Assembly: GCA_033722135.1 (NCBI GenBank) | Contig: JAWVZO010000003.1 | Coordinates: 1 to 37,259 of the forward strand | From: Gammaproteobacteria bacterium | Lineage (GTDB): Bacteria > Pseudomonadota > Gammaproteobacteria > QNFN01 | Direction of reading: 5' to 3' | DNA: 37,259 nt | Part shown: one piece after another, positions 27,230 through 36,957 of the stretch | How the letters are laid out: every line of letters begins with the position of its first letter | Numbering within the stretch: the first letter of the stretch is position 1 | The notes under the pieces: model-generated | The model's input: the letters and a program-made list of their open reading frames with translations, nothing else | Databases searched by the model: none | Told to the model about the DNA's origin: nothing | Made by a program: the position numbers and the translations under genes

Positions 27230-28603
27230 TCAGAGGAAGGTGACGCCGACCTGGAACAGCCGCTCCACCTCGGAGACCCGGTTCTTGTCGGTCAGGAACA
27301 TGATCACGTGATCCTCGGGCTCGATGACCGTGTCGTGGTGCGCGACGACGACGCGGTCGCCGCGCACGATGGCCCCGATCGTCGCGCCCGGTGGCAGCTT
27401 CAGCTCCTCGATTCGGCGGCCGACCACCTTGGAGCTGCGCGTGTCGCCGTGCGCGACGGCCTCGATCGCCTCGGCGGCTCCCCGGCGCAGCGAGTGGGCG
27501 ACCACGACATCGCCCCGGCGCACGTGGGTCAGCAGCCCGCTGATGGTCGCCTGCTGCGGCGAGATGGCGATGTCGATGGTGCCGCTCTCGACGAGGTCGA
27601 CGTAGGAGAGGCGGTTGATCAGCGCCATGACCCGGCGCGCACCGAGCCGCTTGGCGAGCATCGCCGAGAGGATGTTCGCCTCGTCCTCGTTGGTCAGCGC
27701 GCAGAAGACATCGGTGTTCTCGATGTTCTCGTCGAGCAGCAGGTCCTCGTCGGCGGCGTCGCCGCGCAGCACGATGGTGCGCTCGAGCTCCTCGGAGATC
27801 ATCCGCGCGCGGGTCTCGCTGCGCTCGATGATCTTGACCTGGTAGTGCCGCTCGAGACGTTGCGCGAGCCGCTTGCCGATGTTGCCGCCCCCGGCGAGGA
27901 TGATGCTCTTGATCGGCCGGTCCAGCTTGCGCAGCTCGCCCATCACCGCGCGGATGTGCTGCTTGGCGGCGATGAAGAAGACCTCGTCGTCGGCCTCGAT
28001 GGTGGTGTCGCCCTCGGGCAGCAGCGCCCCGCCCTTGCGGTAGATCGCCGCGACGCGGCTCTCGACCCCGGGCATGTGCCGCCGCAGCTCGGAGAGCTCG
28101 TGGCCGACCAGCTGTCCGCCGTAGTACGCCTTCACGCCGACCAGCGAGACCAGCCCGTTGGCGAACTCCAGCACCTGCAGCGCCCCCGGGTGCTCGATCA
28201 GCCGCTCGATGTACTCGGTGACCAGCTGCTCGGGGCTGATCAGCACGTCGACCGGCAGTGCGTCCTGGGCGAAGATCTCCGGCCGCGAGGAGTACTCCTG
28301 GGAGCGGATCCTGGCGATCTTGGTCGGCGTGCGGAACAGCGTGTAGGCGATCTGGCACGCGACCATGTTGGTCTCGTCGCTGTTGGTGAACGCCAGGACC
28401 ATGTCGGCGTCCTCGGCCCCGGCGCGGGCCAGCGTGCGCGGGTGGGCGGCATGGCCGACGACGGTGCGCAGGTCGAGCCGGTCCTGCAGCTCCTGCAGGA
28501 GCGTGCTGTTGGTGTCGACCACGGTGATGTCGTTGGCCTCGCTGGCGAGGATCTCCGCGACCGACGAGCCGACCTGCCCGACGCCGAGAATGATGATTTT
28601 CAT
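27230..28603 (-). CDS. trkA: Trk K+ uptake NAD-binding regulatory protein
   Basis: Two RCK/Rossmann motifs, '[12 protein letters not shown]' and 'AGGGNIG'; 457 aa. Confidence 0.97.
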   Translation of the reverse strand: MKIIILGVGQVGSSVAEILASEANDITVVDTNSTLLQELQDRLDLRTVVGHAAHPRTLARAGAEDADMVLAFTNSDETNMVACQIAYTLFRTPTKIARIRSQEYSSRPEIFAQDALPVDVLISPEQLVTEYIERLIEHPGALQVLEFANGLVSLVGVKAYYGGQLVGHELSELRRHMPGVESRVAAIYRKGGALLPEGDTTIEADDEVFFIAAKQHIRAVMGELRKLDRPIKSIILAGGGNIGKRLAQRLERHYQVKIIERSETRARMISEELERTIVLRGDAADEDLLLDENIENTDVFCALTNEDEANILSAMLAKRLGARRVMALINRLSYVDLVESGTIDIAISPQQATISGLLTHVRRGDVVVAHSLRRGAAEAIEAVAHGDTRSSKVVGRRIEELKLPPGATIGAIVRGDRVVVAHHDTVIEPEDHVIMFLTDKNRVSEVERLFQVGVTFL

Positions 28604-28622
28604 GCGCGCGGCCTCAGCCGTA

Positions 28623-28637
28623 TGGTGCAGTGCACAA
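28623..28637. promoter_or_regulatory. Near-perfect palindrome TGGTGCA-G-TGCACAA upstream of trkA
   Basis: 6 of 7 bp inverted repeat in the 52-nt ntrX-trkA gap. Confidence 0.4.
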
Positions 28638-28655
28638 TCGTAGGCCTTTCAGTGA

Positions 28656-30029
28656 CTACTTGCCAGCCCGCTTGGTCTCGATGCCGAGCGCGCGGAGTTT
28701 CCGGTAGAGGTGGGTGCGCTCCATGCCGACCCGCTCGGCGAGGCGGCTGACGTTGCCGCCGCACTCGCGCAACTGGTGCTGGAGGTAGACGCGCTCGAAC
28801 TGCTCGCGGGCCTCGCGGAGCGGCAGGTCGAGCGGCAGGCCGACGTCGCTCGGCGCGCTCGCCTGGGTGGCGGCCGTGGTCAGCGTGGCCTCGACCTCGT
28901 CGGCCGTGATCTCCTCCTGGGTGCCGAGGATCAGCAGCCGCTGGACGAGGTTCTTCAGTTCGTGGACGTTGCCCGGCCAGTCGTAGTGGAGCAGCCGGTT
29001 CTGGGCCCCCACCGCGAAGTGGCGGTAGGCCAGCCCCTCGCGCTCGACGAAGTGGTCGACGTAGAAGGTGAGCAGGTCCGGCACGTCCTCGCGGTGCTCG
29101 CGCAGCGGAGGGACGTACACCGGCACCACGTTGAGGTGGTAGAAGAGGTCTTCCCGGAACCGCCCCTCCTTGACCAGTTGCTCGAGGTTGGCCCGGCTGG
29201 CGGCGGCGATCCGCACGTCGATCGGCACCGGTTCGCTGCCGCCGACGCGGGTCACCGCGCGGGTCTCGAAGGCGCTGAGCAGGCGGGTCTGGGTCTCGCT
29301 CGCCATGTCGGCGACCTCGTCGAGGAACAGCGTCCCGCCGTTGGCCTGCTCCAGCCGCCCGTAGTGGACCGTGCCGTCGGTGCCCTCGCTGCCGAACAGT
29401 TCCACCGCGGCGTTTTCGCCGGCGATGGCGCCGACGCCGACGTTGACGAACGCCCGCTCGCGTCGCGGGCTGCAGTCGTGCAGGTAGCGGGCGAAGACCT
29501 CCTTGCCGCTGCCCGCCTCGCCGGTGATCAGGACCCAGCTGTCGTGCGCGGCGATGCGCTTGACCTGTTCGCGCAGGCGCTGCATCACGGGGCTGCGGCC
29601 GATCGGCGCGGGCAGCGCGGGTTCGTGCTTGCGCAGGTCGACGTTCTCGCGCTCCAGCCGGTCGGCCTGAAGCGCGCGGTCCACCGTGACCAGCAGCTTC
29701 GCCATCGACAGCGGTTTCTCGATGAAGTCGTAGGCGCCGAGGCGCGTGGCCTCCACGGCGGTTTCGACCGTGCCGTGCCCCGAGATCATGATCACCGGGC
29801 ACGGCAGGGCACCGTCGCGCGACCACTCCTTGAGCAACGAGATGCCGTCGAGGTCGGGCATCCAGATATCGAGCAGGGCCAGGTCCGGCCGGCGGTTGCG
29901 CATGGCGTGACGGGCGGCGTCGCCGCCTTCCGCGGTGGCCACCTCGTAGCCCTCGTCCGCGAGGATCTCCTCGACCAGTTCGCGGATCGCGGGCTCGTCG
30001 TCGATGACCAGGATGTGGGGTTTCGACAT
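28656..30029 (-). CDS. ntrX: NtrX-type response regulator (REC-AAA+-Fis HTH)
   Basis: 'ILVIDDE', 'LLDIWMP', Walker A 'GEAGSGKE', 'TLFLDEV', 'WPGNV.EL', HTH 'GMERTHLYRKL'; no GAFTGA; located between ntrY and trkA. Confidence 0.88.
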   Translation of the reverse strand: MSKPHILVIDDEPAIRELVEEILADEGYEVATAEGGDAARHAMRNRRPDLALLDIWMPDLDGISLLKEWSRDGALPCPVIMISGHGTVETAVEATRLGAYDFIEKPLSMAKLLVTVDRALQADRLERENVDLRKHEPALPAPIGRSPVMQRLREQVKRIAAHDSWVLITGEAGSGKEVFARYLHDCSPRRERAFVNVGVGAIAGENAAVELFGSEGTDGTVHYGRLEQANGGTLFLDEVADMASETQTRLLSAFETRAVTRVGGSEPVPIDVRIAAASRANLEQLVKEGRFREDLFYHLNVVPVYVPPLREHREDVPDLLTFYVDHFVEREGLAYRHFAVGAQNRLLHYDWPGNVHELKNLVQRLLILGTQEEITADEVEATLTTAATQASAPSDVGLPLDLPLREAREQFERVYLQHQLRECGGNVSRLAERVGMERTHLYRKLRALGIETKRAGK

Positions 30030-30042
30030 GCTCGGTGACAGT

Positions 30043-32271
30043 TCAGGCCTGGTGGGCCCGGGGCGGTGGGGAGGCCGGCCCCCCTTCGGAAACGGCACCC
30101 GTCCTGACGGCCGGCAGGCGCACCGAGATCGATACGCCGCCGCTGCGGGGCTCTTTGAAATCGATCATACCACCGTGTTCCTCGACGATTTTCTTGACGA
30201 TGGCGAGGCCGAGGCCCGTGCCGCGGGGCTTGGTGGTCATGTAGGGCTCGAACAGCCGCTCGCGGACGGCGGCCGGAATCCCGGGACCGTTGTCGCTGAT
30301 GCGGATCTCGGCGAGCGGGGCGCCTGAGCCCTCGCGCGAGCGGGTGCGCACCAGAACGCGGCCGCCGGACTGCCCGGCGAGGGCCTCGATGGCGTTCTTG
30401 AGCAGGTTGTGCAGCAGCTGCCGCATGCGCCCGGCATCGGCCTCGACCGCGGGCAGGTGGGCGTCGAGGTCGGTCTCGAGCAGCACGCCGCCCTCGCTGC
30501 CGCGGTAGAGCTCGACCAGCTCCTCGACCAGCGGATTGAGCTCCAGCGGGGCCCGTTCGAGCCGCGGCGGCCGGGCGTACTCGCTGAACGCGTTGACCAT
30601 GCCCTTCATCAGTTCCACCTGGCGCACGATCGTCTCGGTGTGGCGCTCGAGGAGCGCGCGATCATCCTCGGGCATCGATTTCGTGAACTTGTGGCGCAGC
30701 CGTTCCGCCGAAAGCTGGATCGGGGTCAGGGGGTTCTTGATCTCGTGGGCGAGACGGCGCGCGACCTCGCCCCAGGCCGCGTCGCGCTGGGCCTGGATCA
30801 GGGTCGTGATGTCGTCGAACACCAGCACCAGCCCGGCGTGCCCGGGATCATCGCTGCCTAGCGTCGTGCCACGGCAGATGAGGACCTGGCGCCCGCGGGC
30901 GCCGAACAGTGTGACCTCCGCCTGCCAGGCGAGCTCGACGTCGAGACGGGTGCGTTCGCGGAAGGTCTTGAGCAGCGGTTCGAGGTGCTCGTTCTCGGCG
31001 GTGATCGTCTCGAGCGTCTGGCCGAGGCAGAGCGCGAGCGGCACGTCGAGGATCTGCTCGGCCGCGCGGTTGGCGGTGCGCAGCGTGAAGTCGTGATCGA
31101 AGCTGACCACCCCGCTGGAGAGGTTGCCGAGCACCACCTCGAGGTAGGCCTTCTGCTGCTCGACTTCGCGCTGGCTGCGCTGCGTCTCGTCGCGCGACTG
31201 GGCGAGGCGCCTAGTCATCTCGTTGAACGAGCGCACCAGCATGCCCAGGTCGTCGTTGCCGGGCTGGGGCAGTCGCTGGCTGTAGTCGCCCGCGGCGACC
31301 GCCCGGGTGCCCATGACCAGGTCGCGGATCGGCGCGGTCAGTCGCCGGGCCGAGACGAACGCGAGCCAGAAGGCGGCCAGCAGCGCGAACAGCAGGACCA
31401 GGGAGAGCGTCAGCGTGAAGCTGGTCTTCAGGGGCGTGCGCAGGTAGGCGAGCTCGCGGTACTGGCTGAATGCCTCCTCGACCGAGGTGGCCAGCTCGCG
31501 CATGCTCGCCGGCACCGGGTAGAGCCCCTGCAGCATGCGCAGGCCGGTCTCGCCGGTCAGCGGGATGGGCACCACCACGCGGATGTAGAGACCCAGATCG
31601 CGGATGGTGTCGAGGCCGACGTAGGGCTGGCGCTGGCGCACCAGCAGCAGGATATCCTCGCCGGGCTGGCTCGGCACCAGCGCGGTCGGATCGGTGCTGC
31701 TCGACGCGATGATGTGGCCGTTGGCGCCGAGCAGTGTCATCTCGCTCGCACCGCTGCCCGGCAGCAGCCCGTCGAGGACGAACGCGGCCTGCCCCTCGCT
31801 GGTGTCGACCAGCTCCTCGGCGAGGGACTCCTGCCAGCGCAGGGCCGTCCTCATGTTGAGGTCGAGCGAGGAGCGCCCCAGCTCGAGGGCGTCGGTAAGC
31901 GCCTCCTCGACGCGGACGTCGAACCAGCTGTCGATCCCGCGGTGCAGGAACTGCAGCGAGAAATAGTAGAGCAGGCTGACCGGGGCCACCGCGATCAGGC
32001 CGAAGACCAGGACCAGGCGCAGGCTGAGCCGGGCGCCGGCCGTCTGGTGACGCACCTGCCGCGCGAGCCGTACCAGCTGGAACAGGATCAGGCCGACCAG
32101 GATCACCAGACCGGCCACGTTGAAGCCGAGCAGCCAGACGTAGAGCCGGCCGAACTGCGCCGAGTTCTGGGTCGACTCGCTCATCATGAACAGCGAGACC
32201 AGCAGCAGCGCCACCAGCGTGATCGCCGGCAGCGGACCCGAGGCGAGGCGTTTCAGGGCGTCAGCAGCCAT
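30043..32271 (-). CDS. ntrY: NtrY-type sensor histidine kinase (HAMP-PAS-HisKA-HATPase)
   Basis: 'IDSWFD', HAMP, 'AWGEVARRLAHEIKNPLTPIQLSAERL', 'DNGPG', 'GTGLGL'. Confidence 0.9.
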   Translation of the reverse strand: MAADALKRLASGPLPAITLVALLLVSLFMMSESTQNSAQFGRLYVWLLGFNVAGLVILVGLILFQLVRLARQVRHQTAGARLSLRLVLVFGLIAVAPVSLLYYFSLQFLHRGIDSWFDVRVEEALTDALELGRSSLDLNMRTALRWQESLAEELVDTSEGQAAFVLDGLLPGSGASEMTLLGANGHIIASSSTDPTALVPSQPGEDILLLVRQRQPYVGLDTIRDLGLYIRVVVPIPLTGETGLRMLQGLYPVPASMRELATSVEEAFSQYRELAYLRTPLKTSFTLTLSLVLLFALLAAFWLAFVSARRLTAPIRDLVMGTRAVAAGDYSQRLPQPGNDDLGMLVRSFNEMTRRLAQSRDETQRSQREVEQQKAYLEVVLGNLSSGVVSFDHDFTLRTANRAAEQILDVPLALCLGQTLETITAENEHLEPLLKTFRERTRLDVELAWQAEVTLFGARGRQVLICRGTTLGSDDPGHAGLVLVFDDITTLIQAQRDAAWGEVARRLAHEIKNPLTPIQLSAERLRHKFTKSMPEDDRALLERHTETIVRQVELMKGMVNAFSEYARPPRLERAPLELNPLVEELVELYRGSEGGVLLETDLDAHLPAVEADAGRMRQLLHNLLKNAIEALAGQSGGRVLVRTRSREGSGAPLAEIRISDNGPGIPAAVRERLFEPYMTTKPRGTGLGLAIVKKIVEEHGGMIDFKEPRSGGVSISVRLPAVRTGAVSEGGPASPPPRAHQA

Positions 32272-32864
32272 TCGTGCCATTCGCTGGCGAGGTCCCAGGC
32301 GCTGCTGAGGTAGGCCACCGGGCGCAGTGGCAGCGGCAGCGACTCGATGTCGAGCAGCGCCCGCATGCGCACCCCGTAGCGGACGCCTTTTTCCAGCAGG
32401 CGCCGGTCGAGCATCGGCAGGTTGCGCACCCGGCCGAGCCGGGCGAGCGCCACGTCGAGGCGGGTGTGGCTGCTGCGTTCCCCGCTGTTGAGGTTGGTCA
32501 CCAGGTAGCGGTCGGCCAATGCGCGGTACTCGAGCTGGTGGCGCTGGACGAGCGCGGCGACGGTCCGGTCCCAGAGCAGGTCGCGCGGCTCGAAGACCTG
32601 GATCTGCATCTCGACGACCATCGGCACGCCGCTGTCGAGCGCCTCGGTCGCCTCCGGCGTCAGGTCGAAGTGCACCCGGGCATCGAGCATGTAGACGCCG
32701 TCGACCAGGCGGGTGCTCGCGTCGAGGACCCGGAACTGGGCGGGGGCGACGTGGTCCCCGGCGGAGAGGGGCGGCGCCCAACCGCCGGGCAGCAGCGCGA
32801 CCAGCAGCCCGACCAGGGCCCGCAGACCCCGGCGCGGCGTACGTACGACGGCGTTCGGGTTCAT
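32253..32864 (-). CDS. DUF4390-family periplasmic protein
   Basis: Signal peptide, 'EALDSGVP', 'LDIESLPLPLRP...W.L.S.W..W'; usual position between rsmB and ntrY. Confidence 0.85.
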   Translation of the reverse strand: MNPNAVVRTPRRGLRALVGLLVALLPGGWAPPLSAGDHVAPAQFRVLDASTRLVDGVYMLDARVHFDLTPEATEALDSGVPMVVEMQIQVFEPRDLLWDRTVAALVQRHQLEYRALADRYLVTNLNSGERSSHTRLDVALARLGRVRNLPMLDRRLLEKGVRYGVRMRALLDIESLPLPLRPVAYLSSAWDLASEWHEWLLTP

Positions 32865-32892
32865 GGTTCGCGCCTGGCTGGCCTGCCCGCGG

Positions 32893-34191
32893 TCAGCGGG
32901 TGCGGATCAGCCTGGCGTAGTAGAAACCGTCCATGCCGTCCTCCCCCGGCAGGATCTGCCGGCCGTGGTGACAGGGATGGCCCCACTCCGCGTCGATGAC
33001 GTCCTCGCGGGCATCCGTGTGATTCGCGAGGAAGTGGCTGATCTGCTTGTCGTTCTCGTCCGGGAGCACCGAGCAGGTAGCATACAGCAGGCACCCGCCG
33101 GGCGCGACCAGCGGCCAGAGGGCCGCGAGCAGCCGCGCCTGCTCCCCGGCGAGGCGCGGAAGGTCGTCGGCGCGGCGCAGCAGCTTGATGTCCGGGTGGC
33201 GGCGGATCACTCCGCTGCCGGAGCACGGCGCGTCGAGCAGCACGGCGTCGAACGCCTCGCCATCCCACCACTCCCCGGGGGCGCCGGCGTCCGCGGCGCG
33301 GACCTCCGCCCGGCCACCGATCCGTGCCAGGTTGTCGCGGAGCAGGTCGAGGCGCGCCTCCGACCGGTCGACGGCAAGCAGCCTCCCGGGCGCGGGGCGG
33401 CGCTCGAGGAGGTGGGTGGTCTTGCCGCCAGGCGCGGCGCAGGCGTCGAGCACCCGGGCCCCTTCCGGGGCGTCGAGCAACGGGGCCGCCAGCTGCGCCG
33501 CGGCGTCCTGGACCGACACGTCGCCGTCGTCGAACCCGGGCAGGTCGTGCACGTCGCAGGCGCGCTCGAGGACCAGGCCGGTGGCGACGTGGGGGGCCGG
33601 GGCGGCCGGCAGGCCGGCCGATTCCAGCCGGGTGACGTAGTCAGCGCGGCTGCCGTGGGCGAGGTTGACCCGCAGCGTCATCGGCGCCCGCGCGTTGTTC
33701 GCCTCGGCGATCGCCTCCCAGTCGCCCGGCCATGCCTCCTGCAGCACCTCGAACAGCCAGCGTGGATGGGCGAGGCGGGCATGCGGCTCCGCGTCGACCT
33801 CGCGCTCGAGGGCCTCCCGCTCGCGGAGGTAGCGCCGCAGCGCGGCGTTGACCAGGCGTCCCGCCCACGGCTTGCCGAGGGCGCGCGCGCCGGCCACGGT
33901 CTCGGCGACGGCGGCGTGGCTCGGCACACGCATGGCGCGAAGCTGGTGGAGGCCGACCAGCACCAGCGCGAGGACGTCGAGATCGCGCGCCCGCGGCGGG
34001 CGGTGCAGCAGCCGGGCGGCGAGCGCCGCGAGGCGCGGGTGCCAGCGCAGCGTCCCGTAGCAGAGCTCGCCGACCAGCGCGCGGTCGCCCGGGTCGACCC
34101 CGGCGAGCGCCTCGGGCAGCACGGCGTCGAGCGAAGCCCCCTCCCGCAGCAGGCGGGCCAGCGCGCGCGCCGCCGCGGCCCGGGCCTGCAT
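32893..34191 (-). CDS. rsmB: 16S rRNA m5C967 methyltransferase
   Basis: NusB-like N-terminus, 'SVQDAAAQ', 'LDACAAPGGKT', 'LDAPCSGSGVIRRHPDIK', 'YATCS', 'DGFYYA'. Confidence 0.96.
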   Translation of the reverse strand: MQARAAAARALARLLREGASLDAVLPEALAGVDPGDRALVGELCYGTLRWHPRLAALAARLLHRPPRARDLDVLALVLVGLHQLRAMRVPSHAAVAETVAGARALGKPWAGRLVNAALRRYLREREALEREVDAEPHARLAHPRWLFEVLQEAWPGDWEAIAEANNARAPMTLRVNLAHGSRADYVTRLESAGLPAAPAPHVATGLVLERACDVHDLPGFDDGDVSVQDAAAQLAAPLLDAPEGARVLDACAAPGGKTTHLLERRPAPGRLLAVDRSEARLDLLRDNLARIGGRAEVRAADAGAPGEWWDGEAFDAVLLDAPCSGSGVIRRHPDIKLLRRADDLPRLAGEQARLLAALWPLVAPGGCLLYATCSVLPDENDKQISHFLANHTDAREDVIDAEWGHPCHHGRQILPGEDGMDGFYYARLIRTR

Positions 34192-34195
34192 CACC

Positions 34196-35140
34196 CTAGC
34201 CGAGGACCACGCCCTGCAGCGCCCGGCCGTTGGCGAACGCGCCGGCATCGATCGCCCGTTTTCCGGGCAACTGCAGACGACGGATGCGCAACAGGCCGTC
34301 GCCGCAGGCGACGTCGATTCCCTCGGGTCCGGCGGCGATGATCGTCCCCGGCGGCGATGCCTGGCCGGGGCGCGGGGTCGCCTCCCAGACGCGCAGCGTC
34401 TGGCCGTCGAGGTGGGTCTCGGCGACCGGCCACGGAACGAGGCCACGAACCTGTCGGTCGAGCCGTTCCGCGGGAGCCCGCCAGTCGAGACGCGCCTCGG
34501 CCTTGGTGAGCTTGTCGGCGTAGGTCGCCAGGCGCTCGTCCTGGATCTCCGGCGACGCGTCGCCGCGGGCCAGCGCGGGCAGGGTCTCGACCAGAAGTTC
34601 GGCGCCGAGCGCGGCCAGCGTGTCGTGCAGGGTGCCGGTCGTGTCGTCTGGTCCGATCGGCACCGCCTTGCGCGCCAGTGCCGGGCCGGTGTCGAGGCCG
34701 CGCTCCATCTGCATGATCGTCACCCCGGTCTCGCGGTCGCCGGCCAGCACGGCGCGGTGGATCGGCGCCGCGCCGCGCCAGCGGGGCAGCAGCGAGGCGT
34801 GGACGTTGACGCAGCCGAGCCGGGGCGCGTCGAGGACCGCCTGCGGCAGGAGCAGCCCGTAGGCCACCACGACCATGACGTCGGCGCCGAGTGCGGCCAG
34901 CTCCCGCTGTGCCGACGGGTCGCGGAGGGTCACCGGCTGGCGCACCTGCAGGGCGTGTTCCAGGGCGAACTGCTTGACGGGGCCGGGACGAAGCCGGCGT
35001 CCGCGGCCGGCCGGCCGGTCCGGCTGCGTGTAGACCGCGACGAGGTCGTGACCCGCGGCGTGGAGCGCCTTAAGGGTGGGCACGGCGAATTCCGGCGTGC
35101 CGGCGAAGATCACCTTTAGCGTGTCGTCGGCGGGTGGCAT
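34196..35140 (-). CDS. fmt: Methionyl-tRNA formyltransferase
   Basis: 'IFAGTPEFA', '[10 protein letters not shown]', '[16 protein letters not shown]', 'GLDTG'. Confidence 0.97.
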   Translation of the reverse strand: MPPADDTLKVIFAGTPEFAVPTLKALHAAGHDLVAVYTQPDRPAGRGRRLRPGPVKQFALEHALQVRQPVTLRDPSAQRELAALGADVMVVVAYGLLLPQAVLDAPRLGCVNVHASLLPRWRGAAPIHRAVLAGDRETGVTIMQMERGLDTGPALARKAVPIGPDDTTGTLHDTLAALGAELLVETLPALARGDASPEIQDERLATYADKLTKAEARLDWRAPAERLDRQVRGLVPWPVAETHLDGQTLRVWEATPRPGQASPPGTIIAAGPEGIDVACGDGLLRIRRLQLPGKRAIDAGAFANGRALQGVVLG

Positions 35141-35168
35141 CGGCTTCAGTTCACGCGACCGGCCGGCG

Positions 35169-35672
35169 TCACAGGGTCTGGCGCTCGCGCTTGCGGACCC
35201 GCTTGCGGATACGGCTGCGCTTGAGTTCCGAGAGGTAGTCGATGAACAGCTTGCCCTCGAGGTGGTCCATCTCGTGCTGGATGCAGACGGCCAGAAGGCC
35301 CTCGGCGTCCATGGCGAAGGTGGCACCGTCGCGGTCGAGCGCCTCGACCGTGATCCGCTCCGCCCGCGTGACCCGTTCGTAGATCCCCGGAACGGAGAGG
35401 CAGCCCTCTTCCATCTCCTCCTCGCCCTCGCGGGCGGTGATCACGGGGTTGATCAGGCAGACCGGAGCCTCGCGGGACTCGGAGACGTCGATCACGATCA
35501 CCCGGCGGTGCACGTCGACCTGGGTGGCGGCGAGGCCGATGCCCGGTGCGCTGTACATGGTTTCGAACATGTCGTCGACCAGTCTCCGGACCGTGTCGTC
35601 GACCCGCTCGACCGGCTCGGCCCGGGTGCGCAGGCGCGGGTCGGGAAAGTGGAGTACATTCAGTAGTGCCAT
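35169..35672 (-). CDS. def: Peptide deformylase
   Basis: 'GIGLAATQ', 'EGCLSVP', 'QHEMDHL'. Confidence 0.98.
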   Translation of the reverse strand: MALLNVLHFPDPRLRTRAEPVERVDDTVRRLVDDMFETMYSAPGIGLAATQVDVHRRVIVIDVSESREAPVCLINPVITAREGEEEMEEGCLSVPGIYERVTRAERITVEALDRDGATFAMDAEGLLAVCIQHEMDHLEGKLFIDYLSELKRSRIRKRVRKRERQTL

Positions 35673-35728
35673 CAGAGGTTTCGGTGATATCTTGCGGATT
35701 GATCTAGCATTTACCAAACCGTTGCGGG

Positions 35729-35743
35729 ATTATACGCTACACT
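35729..35743. promoter_or_regulatory. Candidate back-to-back -10 elements in the def/tsaP divergent region
   Basis: TATAAT on the minus strand (35734-35729) towards def; TACACT on the plus strand (35738-35743) towards the LysM gene; no good -35 for either. Confidence 0.4.
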
Positions 35744-35802
35744 GGTTGCCGTACCGGGTTTTCCGATAGACTCGCAATAACAACGACCGAGGGAACGCCG
35801 CG

Positions 35803-36885
35803 ATGTTCATTTCCAGGTTGCTCGGAGTGTTGGCGGGGGCCTTGCTCGTCGGCATGGTCGCTGCCCAGGACGTCCTCCTGCGTTCGGATGCTCCGACCGA
35901 GTACGTTGTCAAGAAGGGTGACACCCTCTGGGACATCTCCGCGATGTTCCTCGAAAAGCCGTGGCTCTGGCCCGAGATCTGGTACGTCAATCCCCAGGTC
36001 GAGAACCCGCACCTGATCTACCCGGGCGACAAGCTCTACCTGGTCTGGGTCGACGGGCGCCCGATGCTCCGCCGCGGCGACGGCAAGCTCTCGCCGCAGG
36101 TGCGCGTCGAGCCGATCGACCAGGCGATCCCGGCGATCCCGCTCGAGTACATCCTGCCGTTCCTCAACCGCTCCCGCGCGATCCTGACCCGCGAGGAGAT
36201 CGACGCCGCGCCCTACATCGTCCATTTCCGCGAGGACCGCGTGATCGGCGACGAGGGGACCCTCGCCTACGTCCGCAAGCTCGACGAGACGTCTCCCGAC
36301 GCGTACCTCATCTTCGAGGAGGGCGAGGAGCTGCGCGACTTCGAGACCGACGAGATCCTCGGCTACCACATCCAGCATGTCGGCAACGCGGTCAAGCGGA
36401 CGCCGGGCGACCCGGCGCGGGTCTACATCACCGACAGCCTGCAGGCAATCAGCAAGGGCGACCGCCTGCTCGAGGACACCGACGCCAACCTGCCGCGCGA
36501 GTTCTACCCGAAGGCGCCCGAGACCCAGGTCGACGGCCACATCATCTACGCCCCCGAGACGGTCAAGATGGTCGGCCAGTACCGGACGGTCATCATCGAC
36601 CGGGGCGCCCGCGACGGGCTCGAGCCGGGACACATCCTGCTCGCCTACACCGCGCGCAAGGCGATCGACGACCCGACCCAGAACGTCGGCGACTGCCACA
36701 TCTACATCAGGCGGAAGGAAGGCTGCGTCGACCTCGAGCCCGGACAGAAGCGCGAGAAGGTGATCATCCCGCGCGAGCTCTCGGGGCTGGTCATGGTCTA
36801 CAAGACCTTCGAGCGCGTCAGCTACGCGCTGGTGATGAAGGAAGAGTTCCCGATCGAGGTCTACGACGAGGTCGGCTCGCCGTAG
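35803..36885 (+). CDS. tsaP: LysM peptidoglycan-binding protein, TsaP-like (type IV pilus secretin-associated)
   Basis: Signal peptide, LysM 'YVVKKGDTLWDIS..FL..PWLWPEIW..NPQVENPHLIYPGD'; conserved def-LysM-dprA synteny. Confidence 0.85.
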   Translation: MFISRLLGVLAGALLVGMVAAQDVLLRSDAPTEYVVKKGDTLWDISAMFLEKPWLWPEIWYVNPQVENPHLIYPGDKLYLVWVDGRPMLRRGDGKLSPQVRVEPIDQAIPAIPLEYILPFLNRSRAILTREEIDAAPYIVHFREDRVIGDEGTLAYVRKLDETSPDAYLIFEEGEELRDFETDEILGYHIQHVGNAVKRTPGDPARVYITDSLQAISKGDRLLEDTDANLPREFYPKAPETQVDGHIIYAPETVKMVGQYRTVIIDRGARDGLEPGHILLAYTARKAIDDPTQNVGDCHIYIRRKEGCVDLEPGQKREKVIIPRELSGLVMVYKTFERVSYALVMKEEFPIEVYDEVGSP

Positions 36886-36897
36886 ATCCGTCGAACA

Positions 36898-36918
36898 TCC
36901 CGGCCACGGTGGCCGGGA
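36898..36918. other. 9-bp GC hairpin between tsaP and dprA
   Basis: TCCCGGCCA-cgg-TGGCCGGGA; no U-tract. Confidence 0.4.
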
Positions 36919-36957
36919 CGTCGCTCGCGCACACGGAGGTGCGGAGGTGACCCAAGG

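Noticed and set aside
30043-35326. N-terminal extensions on ntrY (32781), rsmB (34446) and fmt (35326); likewise hemB (25889), coxB (9544) and bioC (11870)
   Set aside because: The extensions overlap upstream genes in another frame and are low-complexity; family-typical N-termini begin at the downstream starts given.
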